From Callorhinchus milii (lineage: Eukaryota), in contig NW_024704743.1 of NCBI RefSeq assembly GCF_018977255.1, forward strand, positions 116,190,001-116,254,000: a stretch of DNA of 64,000 bases, read 5' to 3'. The translations under genes were made by a program, and so were the position numbers. Below the pieces are notes generated by a model, which saw only the letters and a list, made by a program, of their open reading frames with translations, made no database searches and was not told the DNA's origin. Of this stretch, positions 1 through 11,540 are shown piece after piece. The number at the start of each line of letters is the position of its first letter. The stretch's first letter is position 1.

Positions 1-340
1 AGTCTTGAAACATTGAGGCTTCACCCCTTTAAATTAGATATCAACTCCAAAGGTAACACGCTAAAATGAATACATCAAGATGTTTCTTTTATTAAAACTC
101 TATGGCAATTGCGATTCTCTTTACATCACGTAGACTGAACTACTTTTGTATTTTACTTTTGTACTACATTACAACAGAGACTTAGAGGCTCAACTCCATC
201 CTTGGGGCCTGATGTAAAATGAAGCAGAGTTTTACGCTTTGTGCAACACAAACCAAATGCATTTTAATGCTCTATGGTGTCACTTATGATTTATTGCCCT
301 ATTTCTTTGCCTTGGTGTATTGGTAAGATAAATCAGTCAC

Positions 341-778
341 TTTAGCCATGCCTGCCCGTACCCTCCGTTCCTCTGGCTCTGGTCTGCTCCACGTCCCCCG
401 CCCCAACCGCCCTACCATCGGTGGTCGGGCCTTCAGCCATCCCCCAGTGCCTTCGCCTTGCTTCCTCCCTTTCCTCCTTCAAGGCCGGTCTCAAAACCTT
501 TCTCTTTGACCGTGCCTTCAGCTCCCCTCTCGACTCTCTTCCCCCTCCTCGCTCCCTCCCTTCCCCCCTCACCCTGACCATTTCCCCCCTCCTTGCTCCC
601 TCCCTTCCCTCACCCTGACCATTTCCCCCCTCCTCGCTCCCTCCCATCCCTCCCCTCACCCTGACCATTTCCCCCTGCTCGGGTCATGACCCAACTGTGC
701 AGCGCCTTGGGACGTCCTCCTGACGTGAAAGGCGCTTTATAAATGGAATCTTGTTGTTGTTGTTGTTGTTGTTGTTGT
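341..778 (+). mobile_element. L2 3' fragment with three internal copies of a ~40-nt C-rich unit and (TTG)n tail
   Basis: Matches 46650-46990 (LASSLSSFKAGLKTFLF); cctcaccctgaccatttccccc occurs three times in 565-675. Confidence 0.85.
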
Positions 779-2524
779 CCAAGCTTCAGCAAAGCAACAT
801 AGTCCCTTTAAACAGCCTCGGCACCATACCCTGTGTGCGAGTGTTTCACATTACTGTATTGAAATAGACAACCAGTAATTTCACTTTACCTTATCCACAT
901 TATAACTTAAACAATAAGACGAATGAGGGTCTATTTTTCAGCAAATTCAATATGTATCACTCACAATGGGTGAATTTAGGCCCGTCTCTCTCCCCCACCT
1001 CCTGTGATTTTGGTTGGTTAAATCCATTGCTTCAGGGAAGTTATCATTGAGAACGGTGTCAATTGGGAAAGTGGGGCATTGTCCACCTCAAGCACATTTG
1101 ATGTGATTGACAATGGAACGCACCTCTGTCTTAACCCCATTAACCCAGGCCTCGATATGAAGAAGTTAAACCATCACATAATGACAAATTTCCTTTTTGC
1201 CTTTTGTGTAAATGGTGCTGCTCTTTGTTAGAAACAGTACAATACAACACAGATTTACATTTATATAGCACCTTTCACATCAGAAGGACATCCCAAGGTG
1301 AGTGGCGATCCTGGCCTGGCACCTGAGCTGGGAGTGAGAACCAAGGAGGGTGGCAGGGAAAAAAATGACCGAAGACGCGGTCAAAGGGGAAGGTTTTGAG
1401 ACACACCTTGAAAAAGATAAGGGAGGGAGAGATTTGGAGGGACTCCAGGTAGATTGAGAAGTGATCAAAAGCAGCAGTAGGAGATGAAGCCCAGAATCCG
1501 AGGCCATCAGTCACGTTGCGCACAGAGATAAGTTGCTCTTTGCGTGATAGGGCACCTTAACATTAAACGGAAATAAAGTGGATGCGGGAGAGGACGTGGA
1601 TTGTAATTGTGGATAGTCTGCATCTTGTGGAGGGAGTCGAGCGAGGAAGGCTTTGTAAAGGGGAGCCTGGAGGTGACAAAGGCGTGGATCAGAGGTTACA
1701 CTGTTCCTTGTGAGAGAGCAGAATATATTGACAAACCCGAGCCCTGACATTCCATCACATTATACTGTGTGCAATGCAAATGGCGGCTGATAAAAGGGAA
1801 CGGCTGAGCTGGAGACATTCAACACTGGTTATCTCTTTCAAACAGATATTGTGAACGTTCGTGCCAGCACTGCGATCATTCAGGGGGTGCCCAGTTTCCC
1901 GAACAAATTGCAAGGAAGTAGCTGTTCATTTTACTAGATGCTGCCAAGATTTTGGGTGGTTAAAGGGAGGAAGGTCTATAATGTGTGTGCAGAGAAAACA
2001 ACGGAAGGGAAATGCATACCAAATGAGCTTATCTCACTCTTTCAGGTGCCACAGCAACAAGTAGGAAAGTTATTACATTTTAATGGCAATATTACAGGGA
2101 GAAGGTCTAGCTAATCAAGAGTGGATAGAGGTGTTTTTCAGGGCAAGTCCCCTTTTCAGTGTTCAGCTTCAGAAATGACAGATGACTCGGCATGGAGCTT
2201 TTGAAGGTTACGATATTTTTAAATTGATAACAGCGTTTTATGTGTGTTGGGGGGGGGGTGGGTGGGGGTAGGTGACAAGCTTTATCAGGAGCAGGTTACT
2301 TTGTCAACTTCGCCTTGTAGCGGACTGTGGTACTGAATTTCTAAACAACTCAGGAAAGTTCAGTCTCCAAACTGCACACTGAAACACAATTTGCTTACAA
2401 CTCCCATGCCTGGAATTTCTCACAGCCTTAGCCTTAAGGACCATTTCATTTGTCTTCAAATTTATGATCAGGCTGAATTCCTTAAATCCAGTCTTAAATT
2501 GGAAGCCGGTTCTTCTTGACAACT

Positions 2525-2835
2525 AGGTGAGGCAGTGCAATGGATAGAGCTGCAGCTTACTGAACACAACTTTGTTGGTTCAATCCCACTGCTAAGTCTA
2601 CTGGTCTCAGCCAGGGCTACACATGGCTTCCCAGGGTGAGGTGACAAGAAAAGCAGCCAGGATTGCTGTTTCCAGCCCCTGTAGAGCACCCTCTATTGCT
2701 TGTGCTGTGTCCATGTGTGTATGTGGCAGCCGGGTGGGAAGAGGTCAGGCTCGGTTGCGACACCCTCTAAAACTGGGTGGCCTGCCAACACTCACTGCCC
2801 TGGGCTCAGATATGGACAATGACCTCTTAGGGATC
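2525..2835 (+). mobile_element. Ancient SINE, AmnSINE2/Nin-domain-like. Related copies at about 34685-34860 (+), 32870-33000 (-) and 22990-23120 (-)
   Basis: B-box-like ggttcaatccc; core gaggtcaggctcggttgcgaca...gtggcc...ctcact...tggacaatg shared with 34740-34810; family name comes from a recalled consensus only. Confidence 0.55.
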
Positions 2836-3166
2836 TTGAATAGGGATCTGCCTATTATACTGCACCCCAACAAGAGGAGGCCCACCAGCAACAGAGAGAA
2901 AACTAGAAAACAATAATTGGACTGACGACATTTACAAACAAATAAGCTTGTGAAACTCGGCTTCCAAAGTAAAACTGGATTTTCCACAATTCTGCGCCAA
3001 CTTAAATTTTAAGATGGTTCAAGGTAGTCTCGATGCTCAGACTATGAGAATTTTTCAGCCGGTAATTTTGATTTCTGCATTTTCAATGAAAGGTTCAAAG
3101 ATTTCTCTCTCGCTCTCAGGGAACATCTCCTTAATGTTGCCATTTTTTGACCTCACTGACCTCCAG

Positions 3167-3302
3167 GGGGTGCCACTCGGAAGCCCAACACTGAAGAGCC
3201 TGAGAAGCAGACGGACCACACGGTGAAGATTGCTGGGGTCATCGCTGGCATCCTGCTCTTTGTCATCATCTTCCTCGGTGTTGTCCTGCTCATGAAGAAA
3301 AG
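3167..3302 (+). CDS. PTPRM: PTPRM exon encoding the transmembrane helix (136 nt, phase 1 to 2)
   Basis: ctccag|GGGGTGCC...ATGAAGAAAAG|gtaagc; translates [45 protein letters not shown], matching the PTPmu TM segment as I recall it ([31 protein letters not shown]). Confidence 0.96.
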
Positions 3303-6300
3303 GTAAGCGAGGGGAGGGGGGAGGAGGGGGAGGGCCAACTGAGCCCAGCAAGGCTGGAGAGTTTACCTCTCCACCAAGAGCAGCCCAGTGCTTTCCTGAG
3401 CGAAGGGCATGGGGGAAGGGGAACGAGCACACAAAAATTTTGTTGTTTGCTAAATAACCACAACTAGCATTTATATAGTGCCCCTCACGCAGGCCAGTGG
3501 CTCAGAGTGCTTGATAGTGGGGGAGCACAACTCCGAACAGGGGGGAAGTGCCCATAAGCACGGTCAAAGAGGAAGGTCTTCAGGTGTGACCTGATGATGG
3601 GGAAGGAGGTGGCAAGGCAGAGGGATCGAGGGAGAGTGTTCTAGAGTTTCAGCGACAATCTGGATCCCAAGAACTGAAAGTTTGAGATTGGTGACACGTG
3701 AGACCCGTCCAGCCATCTGTGACACCCGCCACGCAAAGCCTTCCGTGAATCCTCAAAAAATGTGCACATCGGGGTCATCGGAGAGAGGAATTTCAAAAGG
3801 CGCTTTGATGCCATTCCTTGAATAAGGAATGAATGTATTTAGGATTCCACAATTTTAACCCTATCATAACTGTGTTCCCATCCTCTCCCATAACACCCCT
3901 CTTCCCCCCACCTCACCACCGTCACCGTGTATGATGTACATACTAACTGCAGCTTGGTCCATGTTCCACCACCTCTGCAGATGCGTCACAGTTAAGACCT
4001 CCACATTTTATAGGAAACATCTGTGGGATAAAGATTTAACACTGGCCGAGTAGATAGGAAAGGCTGAAAAATGTGAATAAGGAGATGGTTGGTGGGAGCA
4101 ACAGGGCGGGGGAGGGGGCGGGTGATGAACGGGATAAATACTTCAGGAGTGACTGTGTTGTCTGTGTCCGATTCCACCCCAGATTGCACTCCAAGGTGAC
4201 TGATGTAGAATATCTGTTCCTAACACTGGGCTACTTTCATGAGAAGGCAAAAGGAATAAGTCTATAAAGTACAGTGGACGTTTCATAAATGTGATTTGAA
4301 GATAACACCCTGAGCATCATGTAATATATCCACTGATGCCAACCTCAAGGCATCAGCATTATACACATTGTTCTCTTCAGTGATTTCGTCAATGTCCATC
4401 TAGGGTTTTGTGTTCATTCCTAACCTGAGTCCGGCACAATTTAGATTAAATGTGAGTGGTTCTATGCACAAACATATCAGGGCAACTGCATACAATAAGA
4501 TATTAAAGAACTTCCACCAGCTCCTCTCTGCATCAGGCTCGTCACAGTCCTCTCTGGGTTGCAGCCTGGAAGGTGACACAGAAAAATAGTCCCCAGGCTA
4601 AGGTTGTGATACGTCACAGATAGCAAAGAGAAATTGATGAAAGGGAAAGTTTGTGAAGGAGCAACCAGTTCTGTGTATGTATGTGTGTGTGTATGTGTGC
4701 TATCTGCCCAAGAGTGGTCTGCAGTCTTTTTGCAAGAGGTGTTTGCACATTTTGTGAAATAATGATTAGCGCTGAGGCACATCTCACTGAAAGCCAGTCC
4801 ACTGAAAGCCTGAGGGCTAATTTGTGGTATTTCTTAAGGGGGATTTCTTAATTAGTAATTGGGGACTCACAAACAGAGACGCCTTTAGGTAATCGACCTA
4901 CTCCAATTAGTTCCACTTACGCAACAAAGATGGGAATGGGAATTCTAGACAATTTCCTGTAGAGGAATGCTGCAAATCAGATGTTAATCCCCACTATCTG
5001 GGCAACAGGTGGAGGCACTGGCTGAAAAGGCACCGGCACGCTTCAGTGTAGTTGTCCAGCTAAGTCCACTTGGCCTGTTACGGCTTTGTCTGATGGGGTG
5101 AGAACATGCCTATAGCTCCATGTCTAATTAGTGAGCCACAGTTGTAAACTGTGAACAGCGTACAAGATTACTGCAGGAACTTGACCTGGTATGATTCTTT
5201 GGAGCCAGTCGAAGCTCATAGCTTGACTTCAACTACTCCCCTGCCCCAACTCCCTCCCGTACCTCTTTAATAACGATAATTGTATTGATTTGAATACGGT
5301 TAGCAAACCCAGTCTCATCTGGCTCTCAGGTCCAGTGCTCAACCAAATGAGCAACTCAGAACATCTGGTTAAGTGAAATAGATTGGCCTTTGTGAAGATT
5401 TACTCATTTATATTATATAAAATAAATAGAACAAAGGCATAGCGGGGGCAGCGTAATCCCAGCTTTTATTTTATTCATGGCGAGACCTCGGGTGAGATTC
5501 TGAAAACATGCCTCCTGGGATCACTGGCTGTCACTTTCCACAGTCAGTCTCCGATTGGTGTCGGTGATGCTTTGAACTGATGCCGATACATCTCCGTTGC
5601 CGAGGTTCATTTGTGAATTATTGATGGTGAAAACAGGCTGCTTGCAAAAGGGTTATTTGGCATTTCCGTAGCATTAAGAAGCTTAAGGAGTGATGCTGAG
5701 ATTTGGGTTGTGGTTGGGAATGGGATGTCATTGGATGGCAGCTGAAAAACAACAACAACTTGCATTTATATAATGCCCTTCATGGCGGGCAGCGTCTTGG
5801 AACGCTTAACAGTGGTGGAGCCTGACACCGAGCCGGGAGGAGGTGAAGTGGGGGGAGGTGACGGTGGAAAAATGGAATTAATAAAGAATCCACACATTGG
5901 GCCAAATAATCTTCTTCTGTGTTAAACTGCTAGGCTTTTTGATGGTGCATTAGCATGGCATGTAATTGGGTTGGAGTTGGGTGATGGATCGACAGAGCTG
6001 TCCTTTAGCCTTCCCAGGGGACAGCACTCTGGAGGCCAAAGGGCAGGCTCCCCTCCGTTTGGCTCAATTAAGCAGCGACGCATTAATAAACCATGAAAGA
6101 AATGTAAAAACACAGGTAGAAAATAAACGATTCAGTAAGGAACCAAAACATGGTGTTAAAAAAAATTCCTCTGCGGGGCCGTGGATTGCATGATACAGAA
6201 TCTGAGATAAAAACTGGGAATGCTGATAGCTGACATGGAGGTTAGTGTGCATCTGGAAGAGAAAGGTTTAAGTTTACTAACAGAAATAACGGCTCTGCTG

Positions 6301-7149
6301 ACACTTCAGAATTGGATTCCCACAAAAACCCACATGCTAGCGGTTCTGTTGGTCGTGCATTAAGACAGTCCCAGAATAAACTGTTTGTCCCATTTTCCGT
6401 GCTTCCACCATTGCCTTTCACAAATTGCCTTTCACGGGAGCAGTGCAGGCCTCTCTTTTATCATCACCCCTTCCATTCCAACCAGCCTTTGATCCATCAG
6501 TTCCACCACTCACAACATAACGTTAGCGACCTGAAATTCTTGCTATTCTTAACCTACGTACCATTGTCTCGACATTTAAACATCAGATTGCACAGAAATG
6601 CAATCAATTCTTAAATGTTCTCTCTGAGGACTGTGGAAAGCCCGGCTCCCAAATTAAGATTTACATATTTTCCACAATTCTGGATGATATTAAATATTAA
6701 GGCAGTTGTCATTATCCCAAAGACCATGGGGGATTTTCGAGCCTCAGATACAGGTGTCCATCCTTCCCACCAACCTCTTTTCAGAAGGGACCATTTCCTC
6801 ATTTATTCTTCCCTTTCTCCCCAGTACATATTGGGGTAAAAATTCCATTCATCATTGCCCTGTGGGACTATAATGGGGGCATCGGGGGGATCCCATTAGT
6901 GGCAGGCATCGCCAAAGGTACTGTGCATAACCCTCAATGGAATTTCTACGCACTGTGATCTTTCCCTGCTTCCCGCAACGACACTCCCACGATTCTCGTA
7001 CACCTGGTCCATCTCCCTGCGATTCATCATTTCCACTTCCTTCCATTCTGAGCTCCTGCTTCACTGCTGATCCAGCCAATGGCAATGACAACTCCAGAAG
7101 CAGCGAAGCATCCTTTTTGGGGGCATCTTTTGCCATTTGCTGGCCCGAC

Positions 7150-7475
7150 TAAAGTGTTTTTAATGATCGTCAGATGGGACCGACCCAACACTCTGATGGA
7201 TGGTTCCCAAACGCAAGAGGAAAGTGGTCCTAAAATCAGGGGTGATCTGGTTAGAAGTGAAATCAGAAAACATTTCCTCACACGGAGGATTGTGGGAATG
7301 GCCTTATTGTAGATGTAGAATTGATTAGCGTTTGTAAAAGTTACACTGGGGAATTAAGAGTTTTACAGGATTTGGAGAAATAGCAAGGAAAATGGGATTG
7401 AAAGATTTGCTAAGTTCTAAGAAAATGACCCAAAAAGATCCAGTGGGGCTGAATAGCCTCCTTCTGTTCCTATAA
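7150..7475 (+). mobile_element. Old CR1 3' fragment
   Basis: Encodes VRSEIRKHFLTRRIV; ends ggggctgaatagcctccttctgttcc. Confidence 0.65.
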
Positions 7476-8095
7476 ACATCAACTCTAACATCTTCACACA
7501 TAAGCTCCATGCTCCCTCTCCATCCGCAGGTTATTTTTCCTCTCCCCTTTCTGTGTGTGTAAAACAAACCTAAACTGTGCCATTGATTCCTGACTTTCTT
7601 ATTGCTGTTTACCAGTGCTTCTTTTCTACGGCAAGCTTGTGATTACGTCTCACAATCTCCTGAGGGCCCATCAGATGCCTCCTTGTGTGTGGAATCATTT
7701 TCCGAATTCTTTACCAACTTTGGGGGCTTGGCTGGCCTTCTCTCTCCTACGTCAGGGCTCTCTTCCCCATTTCCTACCAATTGTTGTTACAATAATGCCA
7801 GAATAATCACCTGTGAGGATTTCCCCATCAATCATTCCCCCCCCACCCCCCGCTTTGTCCTCACAGCTTTGTGTATTTGCTCTGACTTTAGCAATCACAG
7901 TCTCTCCATTTGCTTTTCTGGAGTGGGGAAGAGGGTGATTGAGGTGGGGGTGGGGTGAGGGGTGTGGGCACTGGGCGAAGGGAAAAAATTTCAATTTTCT
8001 TACCTTTTTTGATACATTAATATTTTGCTTTTCTTTCCTCCCATTTCCATCCTTTCCCACCACCGCCCAAACCCTCCAATCATCCTACCTGACAG

Positions 8096-8125
8096 AAGAA
8101 GCTATCAGTCCTACACTTATTATCT
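8096..8125 (+). CDS. PTPRM: 30-nt juxtamembrane microexon RSYQSYTYYL (phase 2 to 2, probably alternative)
   Basis: Long pyrimidine-rich AG-free tract, ctgacag|AAGAAGCTATCAGTCCTACACTTATTATCT|gtaagt; frame-preserving; resembles the Tyr-rich RRNAYSYSYYL segment of the paralog PTPRT. Confidence 0.88.
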
Positions 8126-8282
8126 GTAAGTAGCTGCTTTGAGAATGAACCGCTCCATGCTTTTTCCATGCTTTTTCCATGCTCAAACGTTTGTCTTATT
8201 TGTTTGTTCTATTATGTGTGTGTCTGTGTTTTATCCCAGATGTGGCGTTATTAGCATTAAAGTAACTGAAAATGCAATGGTT

Positions 8283-8657
8283 AATAATAATATAATATAT
8301 AATGATAATCCTTGCATTTGATATAGCGCCTTTTCGCATCTTCGAGACGTCTCAAAGCGCTTCATGGAATATACTGTAAAGTGAATTGACTGTATATTTT
8401 GTGGGCGAAACATGGCAGCTAATTGCGCACAGCAGTGTCCCACAAAGTCATGGATTGAAGTGACCAATTTATTATTATTTTTATTGAAGGAATTATTATC
8501 CCCAGAAAAGCAATCCGACTAACAACCAGGTTCCTACTTACTGTTAGGTAAACAGAGGCATGTGGAGTAAGGAAACTTGCCCAACATTTCGCCCTGCCCG
8601 GGATCAAATGCAAGTCTCTTGCTTGCGAGGCGAGTGCTCTAACCACTGAGCTACAGG
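8283..8657 (-). mobile_element. tRNA SINE, long variant with extra ~60-nt internal segment
   Basis: Same head and tail as the short variant plus ctgtttacctaacagtaagtaggaacctggttgttagtcggattgcttttc on the minus strand. Confidence 0.88.
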
Positions 8658-10619
8658 TTAAGCCAGTAACTTAACTGGCAATGGTTAACCTGAATATATT
8701 CTACAGTGTTGCATTAGTCAAAGATGTTGCCAAAACAGTGTGGTTTTAAAGAGAAGCAAATCTCTTAGCGACAGGAAGGGCAGATCTGAAATAACATACA
8801 TGCAGCAAAGAAAGAACTGCAGAATGTAAGCAATGTTGAAAACAGTCTAATTTTAATCACTGAAAACCAGGAAATTGCTTCTGTTTTGAGTGAGTCGCAG
8901 CTGTAAGGGATGACAGCCAAATGTAGCAAGAAAAGAGCCGCTGAACAAAAAGCCAAAGTCCTGTAGTACGGCAGGTTGTAGAGCCTTATTTTCACTCTGT
9001 TGGGCAACTCCAGTAGTGCACTTGCATAAAATCTGACTGTTCACCTCTGGGAGCCGAATCCTGCTCAGATTGGTGAGAAGAATGCTTACTCTCTGTGTTG
9101 GTTGTTAAGGAACCCGCATGAGATGCTTGAGCCATCTCAGTCCATTTCCTAGTAAGTGCAGGTCTACATGATAAAACATTCTTACCTAGAAACATTTGCA
9201 AGGCCATGGGGTAAGAACGGGGAGGCGGGATGAGTTGGATAGCTCTTTCAAAGAGTCGGCACAGGCACAACAGGCTGATTGGCCTCCTTCTGTGCTGTGC
9301 TATGATTCTGTGAGTAGCCACATGGATTGTTGCAGACAGTGGAACTGCCCCTTTGGGGCAGGAGTGGGTGTTGTTTGGGGATTAAAGTGTATTATTGGAG
9401 CAGAATAAGAGACAGCTTTACTTTGCAGGTGACTGTAACCACACTTGTCATGGGAGAACGTGATACGACCACAAATTGGGAATCAGCCCCCCTCCCTCCC
9501 CCGAACCTCCTTTCATAGCCAGTGGGATCTAATGCGTGCTCAATGATGAAAGTAGCAATAAGGGATGATAAATTATCCTGAAAAGATCTGCTGTTCTTTA
9601 GAGATTGAAGCATGAACGAGCCCAGCGAGGGGCATCGTCCCACAGGGTGGCGAGATGTTCTCTTCCCAGGCCTGACACCTGTCACTTTGATGAGTACAAA
9701 GAAAATGTTCCTTATGAAAAAAAATCCAGATAAAATTGTGATGGATAAAGTGCTGTGTAATTTGCAGGACATGGTTCAAAATAGACTTTAGAGAGGCTTA
9801 GCCTAGAACTCTTAGCTTTTTATGTCCTTAAGAACTTGGTTTGATAAAGCTGACGGTATCATTAAACTAAATGTTGTGTTATCTGCTCCGTACATCCTAG
9901 TCTAACATTGTGTAATCCTGTTTTCAAATTGTTCCTCGATCCACTTTCCTCCTCCCCCAGCTTTACAAAATGCGTTGCTTGTAGCTTGCAAAGGAGTTGT
10001 CTATTTTTCATGCAGAAATTGGCACAGAGATGTTGGAACTGACAGCAGCCAAATATCTGAAAGAGAAAGCTGGGTTAGTGTTTTGGGTGTGACTCACTTT
10101 CAGTCTTCTTTTTCCCCTCTACCTCCCTCCCCTCGCAACACCCATAGATTCTCTTCAATCCTCACTCTCTATTCCACCAAACCCATTTGCCAAAAAAAAA
10201 TTCCGTCAGTCGGGTGTCTGACAGATGTGGAAACCAATCACCATGCTGAAGAGTATCCAAACCAAACTGAGAGTTCCATGCATCCATCTAAACATGGAAA
10301 TAAATGTGCTTGATTGTTTTAAATGCCATTGGGACTATCACCAATAATCTACCGCCAGTTAGTTACCCATTGAGTCTACCATGTGCCTATCGATAAACAT
10401 AGAAATCACTTTGAGACTTGTTTCTACTGGGATCAGCCACATCATGAACTCCAGGGTGGCTTTGCTTGAGGTCTGGACAGATGTATTCATGAAATCAACT
10501 GAAAGAGTTAAAGTAGCAAACAAAGGTCTCTTAAAGCTGATATTAAGCCCTTGATCCCTTTCAATTTGATGGTAAAAAAGTACTGCGGCATTCCCTCTAC
10601 CCATTATTAACTCCATCTT

Positions 10620-10941
10620 GGAGTCCTGTAGCTCAGTGGTTAGAGCACTCGCTTTGCAAGTGAGAGTCCTGAGTTCAATTCCAGGCAGAGGGCGAAACCT
10701 TGGGCAAGTTTCCTTACTCCACACACCTAATAATAATCCCTCCAAAAAACTAACAAAACAATAATAAATTGGTCATTTTCAATCTACGACTGTTTGTGGG
10801 ACATTGCTGTGCGCAATTGGCTGCCACGTTCGCCCACAAATATACAGTCAATTCACTTTACAGTGTGTTCTGTGAAGCGCTTTGGGACGTCCTCCCGACA
10901 TGAAAAGCGCTGTATCAAATGCAAGGATTGTTATTATTATA
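10620..10941 (+). mobile_element. Full-length young tRNA-derived SINE, short variant, with L2-type tail
   Basis: A box TAGCTCAGTGG, B box GAGTTCAATTCC, body ttgctgtgcgcaattggctgcc, 3' stem-loop, (TTA)n; possible target-site duplication ATCTTG at 10615-10620 and 10942-10947. Confidence 0.9.
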
Positions 10942-11540
10942 ATCTTGATCTGAGCTGTGATTTTGATCCAGGCCATTACCTCCCTCAAACAGGTCTCTAT
11001 TGAATGTGGACGGTTATAATGAAAACCCTAATATCCAATTGTTTAGCATGTGTTCCATCACCGTGTGCTGTGTGCCTGCACATAATTTCAGTTGTAATAG
11101 TGAGGAGCATTACCTGTTCTGTAGATACAGCATGTGTAATGCACAAGAGCTTCTGTGTGGATGCTCTGTATGTATGATACAGATCCCCTCAGATATTCCT
11201 TGCGCTCATTTTCAAATCTGAAGTGGTGTAAAACACGAAATGATTAACTATGAATTCAGGCCCTCGCCTCTGGTCCCTATCAGTTGCCCTTCCCCCTGTT
11301 ATCCGTTCAGTGCTTTGGAGTAAGGCAGCAAGGTAATTTATGGGGTTGTGAAAGTGAAGTTATAATTGGATTGAGCTGTTGGTCAGGATGATCTAATGAA
11401 GTATTGAACCAATGCCTTTGGTCTTTCAGAGTTAAGACTGTGAAATGACGGAATGATTTTTTTTGTAAACAGCAACAGCTTGGATTAATCTTACCTCCAG
11501 GATATATTAAATGGAAAAACCATTGCTGGTACTCTTAAGA

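Noticed and set aside
178..322. Possible exon after acaacag ending TTG|gtaaga
   Set aside because: In-frame stop codons in the required phase
2046..2060. Possible 15-nt phase-1 microexon ttcag|GTGCCACAGCAACAA|gtagga before the TM exon
   Set aside because: Frame-compatible, but the donor is weak, the pyrimidine tract is short and I recall no homologous peptide
10620..10692. tRNA gene (Ala-like head with TTTGCAA loop)
   Set aside because: It is the head of a multi-copy SINE continuing into body and tail; no proper acceptor stem or Pol III terminator
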